A stretch of DNA of 64,000 bases from NCBI RefSeq assembly GCF_006345805.1, contig NC_042997.1:160952001-161016000 (forward strand), written 5' to 3'. The notes below the pieces were generated by a model. The model worked only from the letters and a program-made list of their open reading frames with translations. It ran no database searches and was not told the origin of the DNA. The position numbers were made by a program, and so were the translations under genes. Of this stretch, positions 12,143-24,908 are shown piece by piece (the first letter of the stretch is position 1; the number at the start of each line of letters is the position of its first letter). The stretch is from Octopus sinensis (taxonomy: Eukaryota).

Positions 12143-12188
12143 GACACCTGATGAAGGCTGGAAAGTATATCAGCCGAAACGTTGGTTT
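12143..12188 (+). ncRNA. Minimal hammerhead ribozyme in a short repeat (12085-12250)
   Basis: GACAC-CTGATGA-A-GGCTG-GAAAGTATAT-CAGCC-GAAA-CG-TT-GGTTT. The core and stem II are intact, and stem I is mismatched in this copy. Confidence 0.75.
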
Positions 12189-12291
12189 AACAACAAAGAT
12201 GAGGACAAATATCTGTCAAATGTAAATAATGTACGTAACTCATCATCTCTTAAATATAGAACTGTATTATCATTCATTTGTATATATATCA

Positions 12292-12293
<2 letters not shown>

Positions 12294-12373
<80 letters not shown>

Positions 12374-12408
12374 TGTGTGTGTCTGTGTCTGTGTCTGTGT
12401 GTGTGTAC
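12294..12408. repeat. (GT)n microsatellite
   Basis: Direct reading. Confidence 0.97.
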
Positions 12409-12739
12409 GCATATATTACATATTTGAGAATCTTACATAAACGTTGTTGAATATGCAGTTTATAAATAACTTCTTTAGAGACTATATTAAGGGAGGGTAT
12501 TATACTTGGTGCTGCTAAGGAGTTATCTCCCTTACAATATTTATTGACTACTAATGAGAAATAAAGGAACTTCACTACAAGTCAAACATCGTTGCTTTTT
12601 TTTTATCCTGTCACCATATGGAGTTCATAGATCATATTTCTAGAATAAACATATAGTATTATGCGACAATCATGAAATTACCGAATCTGAATCCTTTACT
12701 TACGTACCCCAGTTTATGATAGTTTAGTTTATAGAATCT

Positions 12740-13150
12740 TGTATTTGAAATTAGCACCTTTTTCATCGACCACAACTGCTTAACCCCCATCCCCACCCCA
12801 ATCTGACCTGTCATATCTGTCGACTTTTCTTTCTTCCTTAACGCATACCTTGTTGTCAGCTGGGCATGCTATATCTATGATCCAGCATCGTTTGCTTTCT
12901 TTCTCAATTAACACTATGCCTGGTTTCCCCTTCTCTATTCTATGGTCATAAAATATTCTCTATCTCCTGAATCATAAAATCCCACGTCATTATTTCTGAT
13001 GAGGCCTTCGGGTTTATGGTCGCGTCACTTTTATACTCTGTCAAGTCCATACTTGTTGCAAAGTATCCAATAGACAATCCTTGCTATATTGTCATGACGT
13101 CTCTTATATTCTTTCTGGGCTAGTGGCGTACATTGACTGGTAATATGCCA
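12740..13150 (-). mobile_element. Decayed R4/Dong-clade fragment, second family
   Basis: Reverse complement translates to HITSQCTPLAQKEYKRRHDNIARIVYWILCNKYGL and GIVLIEKESKRCWIIDIACPADNKV, with stops and frameshifts. It abuts an (ATT)n array. Confidence 0.85.
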
Positions 13151-13154
13151 TTAC

Positions 13155-13208
<54 letters not shown>

Positions 13209-13209
13209 G

Positions 13210-13241
<32 letters not shown>

Positions 13242-13263
13242 GATTATTATTATTATTATTATG

Positions 13264-13310
<47 letters not shown>

Positions 13311-13318
13311 CATCATCA

Positions 13319-13376
<58 letters not shown>

Positions 13377-13387
13377 CAATTATTATT
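13150..13387. repeat. Long (ATT)n microsatellite
   Basis: Direct reading. Confidence 0.97.
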
Positions 13388-13510
13388 AAAGATAGGAAAT
13401 GATCACAAGTAAATTTATTAAAGAAACCTTGGCGTAGGAATTAAATGAAAAATCTATGCCTATCATTTACTAACATCTCGTTGTAAGAAACAAATTTGTT
13501 TCTACCAAAT

Positions 13511-13909
13511 CTTTTTATTTTTTTATTTGTTTCAGTCATCTGACTGCGACCAAGCTGCAGTGCCGCCTTTAGTCGAACAAATCCACCCTAGAACTTATTT
13601 TTTGTAAGCCTGTTACTTATTCTATCGGTTACCGCTAAGTTATGGGGACGTAAACACACCAGCATCGGTTGTCAAGCGATGGTGGGGGACAAACACACAC
13701 TCACACACACACACGCACACACATTCACACACACACACACACATACGACGGGCTTCTTTCAGTTTCCGTCAACCAAATCAACTCACAAGGCTTTGGTCGG
13801 TCCGAGGCTATAGTAGAAGACACTTGCCCAAGGTACCACGCAGTGGGACTGAACCCGGAATCATGTGGTTGGTACACAAGCTACTTACCACACAACCACT
13901 CCTGCACCT
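13511..13909 (-). mobile_element. SINE family A, full length
   Basis: Head, body, internal (CA)n and tail are all present and colinear with 58538-58956. Confidence 0.9.
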
Positions 13910-14555
13910 ATACTTAAATTTGATCTAATGGTCTTTAACACAGGAAAAGTATTAGAACATTATAATAGCTTCTGACTCTCACTCATGTACCTAGTTATTA
14001 AGCTTGAAGTTTTCAAATATATCAATTGTTATTTTGTTCTAAGAGCCGGCAAGCTAAATAGCTCCGTCCCTAACAAATCAGCATGTAGAAGGGTGAACCG
14101 ACGAAGGAGACGAAATTACAATGTGACAAGTAGTTGAGTAACCTGCTACAATTTATTATTTCTCTTAGATACGCTGTTGCTTTGCCTGAAATAATAGTCA
14201 ATACCTATTCGGAAACACTAAATAATAATGAATCGAACAAACAAACCAGACATCATTCTGTTACTTGTGGAAAAGACTCCCCCTTATTTCTTCATTATTT
14301 TCGGCTTTATGTTACCAATTTTATTTATTTAATTAAAAAGTAATAAATGACTGAATTGATTGGGCACCAGAAAGAAAACCTTATATAATTAAACCATATT
14401 AGATTCAGCGTCCAAGGCATTTCCTTCCAACATCCTAAGGATGATGATATAAATTTAAGCCTAAAAAAGTAAAAAAAAAAGTAAAATTTTTAGGGGATCT
14501 AACTCCTTATTTAACACTACACTTAATAACTTCCCTTTACTTTGATTTTGTAGAG

Positions 14556-14753
14556 CAGTGGTTCCCAACCTACGAGTCGCGACCCAGAGATGGGTCGCGA
14601 ACAGAATCTTAGTGGGTCGCAAAAAGTTATAAAATTACGCATTAGCTTTGATTAACTGATGTCTATCGAGATAGTTCAAGACTTATAAGTGGGTCGTCAT
14701 AAACTGGTGTGATAAATAGTGAGTCACGACTCTAAAAAGTTTGTGAACAACTG
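14556..14753. mobile_element. hAT (Charlie-like) MITE
   Basis: TIRs CAGTGGTTCCCAACCT and AAGTTTGTGAACAACTG. The 8-bp TSD is TTGTAGAG / TCGTAGAG. Confidence 0.85.
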
Positions 14754-14801
14754 TCGTAGAGTATCAGCGATTTACTGAAATTAGCGATGTCCTATACCAA
14801 A

Positions 14802-14840
<39 letters not shown>

Positions 14841-15121
14841 ATATAAAGGCTCACTTCTCTTTCCTGTCACAAGTTGATGATGCCGGATAGCAGTTGCTAA
14901 AATCGAAAGCATTCTTGTTGTGAGTCTCCCTAATTTTGTTTGAAGTCGTACTATATCTAGGACTACATTATACATTGCGTTCCTTTTTAAAGGCAAAGGT
15001 ATGTGACTTGAATAAAATATGGGTGCGGCATACATACATACATACATACATACATACATACATACATACATACATACATAGTGCAACTAGTGCAACGCTC
15101 TAACTACAGTCATGCGCCTTC

Positions 15122-15175
<54 letters not shown>

Positions 15176-15185
15176 ATATGTAAAA

Positions 15186-15990
15186 CAGGTCTGATCTATA
15201 AGTATCCGGTATGTTACCATAGTGACGAAGCTAAAGCACGTAAAGTGAAGCCGCTGGACACATATTGACCTTGAACTCTCCTGTGCATGCGCATTAAGTT
15301 TCAACGTTCAAGCTCCCTGCCACTGTTTACAGTAGTGCTTGGAAGGAAAGTGTGTAGCGTGTGATCGTCGCATTGACCATGACAGAGAAAGTTGTTGTAG
15401 TGATATTTGCTCCGAAGCCTACGCAAAGTTGCAGGAAGTGTATGGAGTGGCACACAAGTATACGAGTGTTTCGGACGTTTCCAAGACGGACGAAAAAATG
15501 TCAATATTGACGAAGTTTCTTAGAGACACGCAACCAGCAGAACTGAGAAAAACATTGTACATGCGCGTGCAGCTGTGATGGGAAATCATCGAATCACCAT
15601 CCGTGAGTTATCAGAGGATGTGCCAAAAAGGCACCGGATTTCATTTGCATAAAATATATTTGATTGTGTGGTGAACGAAAAAAATTGTTGAAGCCTTTGC
15701 GTAGGCTTCTGGGCAGGTACCGCCATGCTTTTGGCAAAATTTGATGTAGATTCTCTGCTAAACGTTCTCTGTCATGGTCAATGCGACGATCACACGCTAC
15801 ACACCTTCCTTTCGAGAAAAAATTCATCATGAATTGTCGGACTGTAATCAGCGGAAGTGAGCTAGAACGTCAAAACTTGGTGCACACGCACAACAGAGTT
15901 CAAGGTCAGCCTATGCCTAGCAGCTTTACTCTGTATGCTCTAGCTTCGTTAATTTGGTAATGGTCCGTATACTTATTGATCACTGCGCAG
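15186..15990. mobile_element. Mariner-derived element built from two inverted left ends
   Basis: Arms of about 200 bp. Both carry the transposase start (MTEKV... on +, MTENV*QRIYIKFCQKHG on -), and the middle encodes NHRITIRELSEDV. Confidence 0.8.
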
Positions 15991-16740
15991 ATATATATTT
16001 AAATATGTATATATGTGTGTGCGAATGTTTCCTGACACAGTATATGAGAGTGTATTAAAATTTATCGGTATATGCGGATGTGCGTGTGAGTGTGTGTGTT
16101 AGTGTATAGACACTGCTGCCTGTACTGATTTATCTATAAGCCATGCGATGACAGATACTCTGCAATTTAGTGAATGTGTAAGGATGTGTCGGGGTGTATT
16201 CAGGTGTGTGTGCATGTGTGAGTTTTTGTGTGGACGTGTGGGTTTAGGGTTGGATGTGGATGTGTATGTTTTTCTTGTGCAGTGTGGTGGAGGTCGGGCG
16301 GCTCTCAGCGGACCAACCGTGAGGAAGACAATGATAATTTAAATTCAAATCCAATAGTGTATTTATGTCATAAGGAAAATTACTAACTGGAACCCGGACA
16401 TGCATATGTGCCACTTTGGATCCTAATGTAAGCGTTATTAATAATATTATGAATGATAATAATGGTAGCATTAATGGTATTGACAACGATAATGATGCTA
16501 ACTTTAATGATACTTTGGAAATTAGTAGGAAGTAATATAATGTACTATTGACTATGTATATTTGCATCTAGGTACTAATATGTGTATGTTTATTATCACA
16601 ATATTAAGTTGAAAAACTGAAACATTGAATGTGGAACATATATATGTTTACTAATTTATATTATTTATTTACATCATTATGTATATGTATATTTTTATAT
16701 GTATAGGAGCGTGAATATATGCACTCATATTTATATGTAT

Positions 16741-16867
16741 ATCTCCGAAGAGGCCTTATGATATTTTTGTAAATGTCTCATTTATATCTATATATTGACC
16801 TACCATAAAAGGCTAATATTGGTAAAATGAGACATACTTATCTACATGGCCGAAACAGCTGTAAGAT
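16741..16867 (+). ncRNA. Hammerhead ribozyme with a long stem II extension (U4C mutant copy)
   Basis: ATCT-CCGAAGA-GGCC-[92 nt including ATGTCTCATTT/AAATGAGACAT]-GGCC-GAAA-CAGCTG-TA-AGAT. Confidence 0.7.
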
Positions 16868-17107
16868 GTAATCTTTAATTATATTTATATTTACTTATAT
16901 TTATATTCTCTTTTTTTTATATATATTCTACTTACTATACAACATTACTCTTTTATGTACACTTTTTTATGTACATTCCTTTATGTACACTGATTTGTTC
17001 TGCTTTTTTATGTTTAACCCTACATGTGGTGGTTTAATAATGTATGTGATTGAGTATTATCTGGTAATTGATATTTGATTTAGATGTATTTCTCCATTTT
17101 CTTATCT

Positions 17108-17119
<12 letters not shown>

Positions 17120-17145
<26 letters not shown>

Positions 17146-17969
17146 TAAAGAATACACATTTTGTACGGGATATCACCAACGAGTGAAAAATACGTACCCA
17201 CAAGACAAAACACCAAAAGAAGAAAAAATTCATCATCAATTGTCGGACTGTTTATTACTCCTATTTCCTGCTTTTAACGACAATATAGGGAAACTTCATA
17301 AGACAACAGCATCCAGAAATGATATAAAATTCATAGAGAGTTAGAGCTTCGAACGAACAAATAACGACAGAGTGGACGTACAGAGTAAACAATCGCCGAA
17401 AACAAACATCAAGAGCCGTTGCGTCAAGACGAATCAACGCCTGGCAGAATTTTTTTCAAGGAAAGATAAGAAAATAGTAGGATAGAATAATTAAAAGAGA
17501 ATAGTAGAATAGAATGATTAGAAGAGAATAAAATAGTAGAAGAATGTCGGGAGCCGAGAAAAATGACATCCAACCCGATAAACGTCTAGTCTAGAAAAGA
17601 CAGGGAGCAAGAGAAATGACCTGTAGTCACGTATAAGTAGTAGAGGCAGAGGAGATGGGGGACAAGAGAGGATGAGACAAAGAAATAAAAGGAGTGAACT
17701 GATAGAAGAAACGATAGATAGTAGGGAGTGGAAGACAGAAAGGCATGGGAAGCAAAGTAGGTTATAGCGGGATAGAGGAAAAGAAAGAAAACAGTGTGTG
17801 GTCACAGACATTATATAAAGAGGTAAGAACTTACTGTGGTCAAGACTGTGTGGCGTTCGATTATAGATAAATAAAATTAAAATATACATTGCGTAGAGGA
17901 CATCACCAACGAGTGAAAAATACGTAAACACACGAGATATAAATAAAGGACAAAATACCAAAAACATAC

Positions 17970-18038
<69 letters not shown>

Positions 18039-18360
18039 TATATATAATACAAAATTGGACAAGAATGCAAAACGTCCGGACAGTTAGGTGATACAAAAAG
18101 GAGACAACAAAACAACCAGATAGACGATACAAAGAAACCAAAGAAGTTTTCTTTCCTGAGTCGAGTACCTGATTATCTTCGCAATTTCGGCTGATTATAC
18201 ACGAGATTGCTCCAATCTGGCCAGCCCCAAGGAAAAACTAAGCTAAAGGCATTAGATTCTTTGGAAGAAGCAGCGATTATAAAGAAAAAAGGACAGAAAA
18301 AAGAGACAATGTTACACAAATACAAAAAAAATACTAACAGGACATAACAACATGTAGTTT
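17120..18360. mobile_element. Repeat related to the 1-1580 unit, with an internal direct repeat
   Basis: AATTTCGGCTG...GGCCAGCCCCAAGGAAAAAC at 18183-18240. ATCACCAACGAGTGAAAAATACGTA occurs at ~17172 and ~17902. Confidence 0.65.
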
Positions 18361-18429
18361 TCGAGTTAGGACGAATAAATTAAGCTGGCATGTGTGGGAA
18401 TAAAGCCTGACGTCAGGGATACAACGTTT

Positions 18430-19421
18430 CACAGGCACAGGGAGGAATATCGATATTGCACAGAGAACGGCCAGAGCAAGAAAGAAAGATCAGAAGGTTA
18501 AGATTAATCTCTCCTAATAAGCCTGATTTATGGAAATTTAGCAAGATAATTTTAGATGAATATATACCGATCTTGAAAAATAACATTAGACTAGAACTAT
18601 GGTTTAACATCCAGAATGCAATTAAATGGTTCTCAAATATATATAATAAAAATAAACAGAAATTCCTACAAATAGATATTGACATTCATTACTCTAGTAT
18701 TAACCCTACTATTTATAATAATGACTTGATATTTGCCAAAAAATACACATCTATAAGCAATGTTGAAAAATAACATTAGACTAAAACTATGGTTTAACAT
18801 CCGAAATGCAATTGAATGGTTCTTAAATATATATATAATAAAAATAAACAGAAATTCCTACAAACATTCATTACTCTAGTATTAACCCTACTATTTATAA
18901 TAATGACTTGATATTTGCCCCCCAAAAAAGACACACATCTATAAGCATGAAGAAATTAAAGTAACTTTAACAGCCCGTAAATCAGATATAAATTTCGATA
19001 ATAATTTATGGAGATGAAAGGATACCTCTGTTTCGATATTTCTATGGGAGCGTCAGATTCGGAGCAAATAACTGACATAGTGGGAATATATTTATTGGCT
19101 CTATATACAAGATAAATTCTTAGAGCTCGAAGAGAATCTATATAGGGATGATGCACTCTTCATAATTAACAATACATCTGATAGACGCCTAGAACTTATA
19201 AAGAAATGTTTTTTTAAAGTTTTAAAAAGATTTGGACCATCTATAACTATAGAAAAAGAATATAATTCAATTAACTACTAAGATATGAACTGTAACTTAT
19301 CATCTGGAATACATGAGCCCTATATTAAGCCTAATTCTAAATTAGAATATATAAATTATCGAGGCAATCATACACCTTCAATTAGAAAAGCATTAGTATA
19401 TAATATTACTAGAGAAATAAC

Positions 19422-19502
<81 letters not shown>

Positions 19503-20420
19503 GATGATAATAAAGTTATATCAATATTAATAGTAATAGTCATAGATATATAAAAATGCTGAATAAACTTAAATACAATATCTGCTTACAGAATAAAAAT
19601 ATATATACGACGCTTACTGATATTAATAATAATAGAGTAGATACTAAAAAGAGCGTTTGGCTTATAGTCCCATATGCCATGCAGATAAAAACTAATTTAG
19701 TAAAATGTATTCGTAGGCTAATTAATAAATATTTTAATACGAATAAGAAATATCATGAAATTATTGACAACAATAAAATAAGGATAGGATATAGTTTAAC
19801 TCAAAACTTAGCTACCAGTATAGCTTCTATAAATGATAAAAAAATTAGATTTATTTTACTTAAATAGAAAATGTGCTAATAATAACTCCCCTAATACCAG
19901 GGTTAATATAGAAGATATTAGTAATGATACTAGGTATTTCATCAATAAACAGAGTATCATTAATAAAAATCGCAACTCAGTGCCATGTAAAGCTCCTTCT
20001 TCGACTAATATAACTGATAATTCTTATAAAACATTAGATTGTAAATATATAGATAGTGATTTAAAAATTTATGTGAAATGGAAAATGTAGCATATCAATG
20101 TAAAGTTACCACAGAAATTAATAAATATATTTATATTGAATCAACTAGAAAAGAAATGAAGAAGCGTTCCTCAACACGTCACAGGAACAGACAGAATTCA
20201 ACGGGTTTAAGTAAGTTTATTCGGGAGGTTCAGGTTAAAAAATTAAAGTCAATTTAAAACTGGATATTTCGGTTTCTGAACCTAGCAACATTATGAGAAA
20301 TAAGAAGCGCCTTCTTTGTTTGAATGAAAATTTATTTATTTTAAGAGCTACATTTCCCTTACTTAACCTGAGGGAGGAAAAAAAATTTTGTTGCCTACAT
20401 AAAAATAAATATATATTTAT
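18430..20420 (+). pseudogene. Decayed Penelope-like element ORF (RT and GIY-YIG), Naiad-like
   Basis: RLISPNKPDLWKFSKIIL, WFSNIYNKNKQKFLQIDID, CFDISMGASDSEQITDIVGIYL, LYRDDAL, YIKPNSKLEYIN, ENVAYQCKV...YIYIEST, STGLSKFI and LCLNENLFI...LLN...CCLHKNK. It has many stops, an (AAT)n insertion and a 190-bp tandem duplication. The clade call is from recalled motifs. Confidence 0.85.
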
Positions 20421-20604
20421 TAGATATAAATGATTTTTATAATTCTTATAGTTGATATGCCTCTATACTAGATAACTTGAACTATTATTTAACATAAATA
20501 TACATTTTTATAATTAAAATTAAAATATAGATCTTAAATAATTCATCTTTCCCCAAATTATCAATATGAGTATATAGATATAAGTATAAATAGTCTTGAC
20601 TATA

Positions 20605-20772
20605 TACGACGGGCTTCTTTCAGTTTCCGTCTACCAAATCCACTCACAAGGTTTTGGTCAGCCAGAGGCTATAATAGAAGACATTTGCCCAAGGTGCCAC
20701 ACAGTGGGAATGGACCCGGAACCATGTGGTTGGTAAGGAAGCTACTTACCACAACAGCAAATCCTGCGCCTC
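20605..20772 (-). mobile_element. SINE family A, 5' part
   Basis: Matches the head and body of 58538. Confidence 0.88.
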
Positions 20773-20796
20773 ATGAAATATTTTAAGAAGATATGC

Positions 20797-20879
20797 CTGT
20801 CTGAAGAAACCTCATTATATTTTTTAAAAAAGCAATCCTAAACAAAACCTAGTTAATGAAGAAGAAACAGCTGTAACTT
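20797..20879 (+). ncRNA. Degenerate HHR-like motif with extended stem II
   Basis: CTGAAGA...TCATTA...TAATGA...GAAA-CAGCTG-TA. Stems I and II are poorly paired. Confidence 0.45.
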
Positions 20880-21009
20880 GATTTGTCATTTGTTTATAAA
20901 GAAATAATAAAACTGAATTGAACTTATCATTTATTGATTCAGTTATTTTAATTCACTATTTTGTTTCCATTTCTAATTTATATACATATATAGCAAACTT
21001 CGATACTCT

Positions 21010-21890
21010 CTTAACCCTAGAAGGATCAGGAATGTTATCATTCTCTGCAACCGTAGAACATCTCGGAAGCAGAACAAGAAACTTGCGGATCAACGAGTTG
21101 TAAAGAATTTACTCCTAATATTTTATGGTGCAAGCGTTTTTGAATTGAATCAACATGCAACCAGCCAGTTCATGGTAAACATATACACCAAAATTCAAAC
21201 TGGAACACTGAATTTGCTGCAAAGAAATCAAAACTAGTTAAGGACTGAGTAACACATTACTCTAGGTTGTCATCAGTTCTACTTGTGGACGTAAGTTATA
21301 CTACTATCAAGCATCACAGGTGGAGCCACTTGCATGCATGAGCAAATTCAAGATGCAATGGCATTAAAAAAAAAACAAAGGATCGACTGTATCGCACCAG
21401 AACATTCCGCTGCAATTCGAGATGGACAGCAACAATTCGCGATGGACGGCAGCTTCCAGGTAACTTCTTCGATATTAGAAGGCGAAGAATATACGTGACC
21501 AAACAGGCTAGTTTTCTATGAGTTGTCAAAAAAAAAATAAAAATGATAACACTTTTCTGGCACTTAAAATATTGAAAATTATCGATGAATTTTATTGGGT
21601 GAATAATTGTTATTGAAAAGCAGAGGACTTCCTAACTCTCACATATTGATCTGGTGTAGGAAGATAATGTCAGATATGTACAAAATCATTTCATCCGAGC
21701 TACCTGATAAAGATGATGTTCTACAGCTCTTTAAAGCAAACAATAATCTCCTCTGTGGTCCTATGTAAAGCTATCAGTCCAGCTCTACCATTCTCCATGT
21801 AAGATAAAACATGCACCAAAAGATATCCTAGAATATTTAATCAGGATATTTAAACCGACAATTAAGGACACCAACTAGGCCTTTCGCGAT
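21010..21890 (+). pseudogene. Helitron Rep (HUH) domain remnant
   Basis: SQFMVNIYTKIQ...RNQN*LRTE, SSITGGATCMHEQIQDAMA, TFRCNSRW, RGLPNSHILIW (consensus RGLPHAHIL), KIISSELPD and CTKRYPR. Confidence 0.85.
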
Positions 21891-22783
21891 AAGTTTAAAG
21901 CCAGGAACTTTTCAGCGCTCTCTCACATGTATTATGTGTGAGTGTGTGTCTGTATACACATACATATATAAGTATATGTAATATAATTTATGTGTATTTG
22001 TGTGCGTACATGTTTGTGTGAACTGATGTGCCTCACCGACATCTCACACATGTGTACACACACACACACTCTCTCTCTCACCTATCCTCATACTCAGTTT
22101 TCTTCTCATATTATACACATTCCATCATTCCAAAAATCAACTTAATTACGAACAATCTTCCAGAATATTTGCATCGAAAACTACCCTCAGATTTCCCAAA
22201 TTCCTTATTAATGAAGCCAATATCAAACTCCCCCTACCTTTTAGATCTGAAGCAGCGTTTCCTTTTTCTTTAGAGAGGTTTCTTGTTCTCGGCTTCCATT
22301 TACTTTGGTCTTTTTTACCTGCTCTTTTATCAGTTAAGCAGGCAAGGAAGATTATAACAATCTACTAACGTTAGAATAAGGCATCATATACAGGATACGA
22401 ACAGATAATTCTATAGTTGAGATATCAGGCATCTCATCAATCAAATCGATTGTTTCTACTTTTCTGAAATAACGAAAACCCACGCAAAATGTGCTTGTTG
22501 ATTTATATTGATAGGTTGTATATATTGTAAGAATATCTGCAGAAAGCATATTTAATTTCACTTATTTTTACCTTTAACTCAAGTTGTTTCACGCAAAGAC
22601 CGTTTACATTTTACATCCATTTACTGATAACAGCATTGGAAGAGTGATTAGAAATAAAAATAAAATATGCAGGACGAAATCATTTTCGATTTAAATGGTT
22701 TGAACAATTTTAAAGGAATTTTATAAAAAGTAGAACAATGCAGTTTAGAAATATACACAAGTATAGAAGACAGATAGAATAAG

Positions 22784-23085
22784 CGAGGGTGTTTTTCATG
22801 ACCTCTAGATCTACAAATAGCATCAGCTCGCACCCTACGATCTGGAAACGATGCGCCAAGGATAAAGTTGTATGTAGCATGCTACTTCAGAAAAAAGCAT
22901 TAAATGAGTGACTGTGTTGTAGTCGCAGACGTGGCTGTGTGGTAAGAAGTTTGCTTCCCAACCACACGATTCCAAGTTTAGTCCTACTACTGCGTGGCAC
23001 CTCGGGCAAGTGTCTAGTACTATAGCCTCGGGCCGAGCAAAGCCTTGTTAGTGTATTTGGTAGACGAAAACTGAAAGAAGACCGT

Positions 23086-23124
<39 letters not shown>

Positions 23125-24221
23125 TATATACAACGGTTTATGTAGCTGTGAAGACCTCGTCTGTAAAAGTCAGTTGCATCTGGAGCCAAGACTTTACCTC
23201 GGAAATAAGTTCATTATCATCTAAAAAGTGCTTCCTCTTAAAAAAAGACTTTGGAAAGAGGTGGAAGTCAGATGGTACAAGTTCGGGAGAGTAAGGGGAA
23301 TGAGGAAGGATTTCATAGCCGCAGACGTGTGCATTCATCTGGGGAACATGGGCATTGTGAACTGGGGCGTTGTCTTGGAGAAGGCGGACTCCTTTGGTCA
23401 GCATACCACGCCTCTCTGCTTTGTTGGTGTCCCGCAATTTCTGCAGAAGAGATGCATAATATACCCCGTTAATTGTGGTACTCTTTGCCAGAAAATCCAT
23501 CATACCTACTTTGCGCTGGTCCTAAAAGACTGTAAACTTTGCCTTGCTTGCTGAGGGTTGAACACGAGCCTTCTTTGGAGGTGGTGAGTTATCATGCTTC
23601 CATTGCTTGGATTGCAATTTAGTCTCAGGATCATAGTGATGGACCCATTTTTCATCTTCTCAGATGAGTCTGTCGAAAGAGCTATCCCCGTTTTCTTGGC
23701 ACATTGCCAAATGAGTCTGGAAGCAATTGACTCGTTCCTGCTTCTGGAAAGATGTGAGCATTCGGGGAATCCATCGTGCAGACCCACGGATCCTACACTT
23801 ATCTTCACTTCAAAATGGCGGCTTCCATTTTATGGATGGTGTCATTATCAATGGCGGAATGTGTTGACAAGGAATAGGAGCAGTCTCACACTATGTCTGA
23901 CTACATTTGAACTGGCGATGCCGATGCTTGATTATGTCGCATGATAGTGCATTGACACCATAAACTTCTTTCATCTCATCAAAAGATCTCCTATGGTGTA
24001 CATCATTTCAAGTATAAGAACCTGATCATTGATCTGCATTCAACTGCCTCCTTTATAACATCTAAGTCCACTTCAGCAGCCGTAAAAGACAAACGAATAT
24101 TAGTGGAAAGCTGCAATCTACAATGTGACATGTAGAGACATGTATAATTATACCTTTGCAAGTTCCGTTTACTGCAATAACAAGAAGTGGATCAGGGGAA
24201 ATCTTTAATGAACAGCTCTCG
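22784..24221 (-). mobile_element. Decayed mariner (DD34D) element interrupted by a SINE
   Basis: RSMIRFLYLK...EMKEVYG, ETAPIP, EDEKW-like motif, QDNAPVH and HSPYSPELVPSDFHLF. CGAG(G/A)G termini lie at 22784 and 24221. Confidence 0.85.
22915..23085 (+). mobile_element. SINE family A, 5' part
   Basis: CGCAGACGTGGCTGTGTGGTAAG head. Confidence 0.88.
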
Positions 24222-24602
24222 TACATCATCATATGACGTCTTTCCCGACAGCGAAACCTGTAAACTTCTGCTGCATCATTTACACAACAGCAAATAAGAG
24301 GGGATCAACGACTTAAGATAGAAAACGTCGAAGCAGCTGAAATACAAAATATTTTTGTATAAAAATATGTCTTATCGTAAAAGGATTTGGCGTGAATATT
24401 GCATGTTTGGTGCTTTGAAGGGACTATCATTTTTGATCTCATGCAGTTTTTTTTATTCAATAACTGGAGTAAATTTAGTAGACGGAAACATTGAAGAAGC
24501 GTGGGGTATATATATATATAATATATAATATATATATTATATATATATAATATATATATATACATATGCATATACATTATATACATACATATGCATATAC
24601 AT

Positions 24603-24633
<31 letters not shown>

Positions 24634-24670
24634 ATATGTATGTATGTATTACACAAGGGTAGTGCTACTA

Positions 24671-24737
24671 CAATTTTACGTATCACTGCTTAGCGCTCCC
24701 CCTCTGTAATACATACATAAATACATACATACATACA

Positions 24738-24829
<92 letters not shown>

Positions 24830-24908
24830 TATGTGTGTGTGTGTATGTATGAATGTTTGTATGTATATCTTACAGAGGGGTGCGCTAAGCAGTGATGAGT
24901 AAAATTGA
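24671..24908. mobile_element. Short inverted-repeat element enclosing a compound microsatellite
   Basis: 39-bp imperfect inverted repeats at 24671-24709 and 24870-24908. Confidence 0.65.

Noticed and set aside
20050-20420. Selenocysteine codons in the Naiad-like element
   Set aside because: The copy is too decayed. I found no in-frame TGA at a conserved Cys and no identifiable SECIS.
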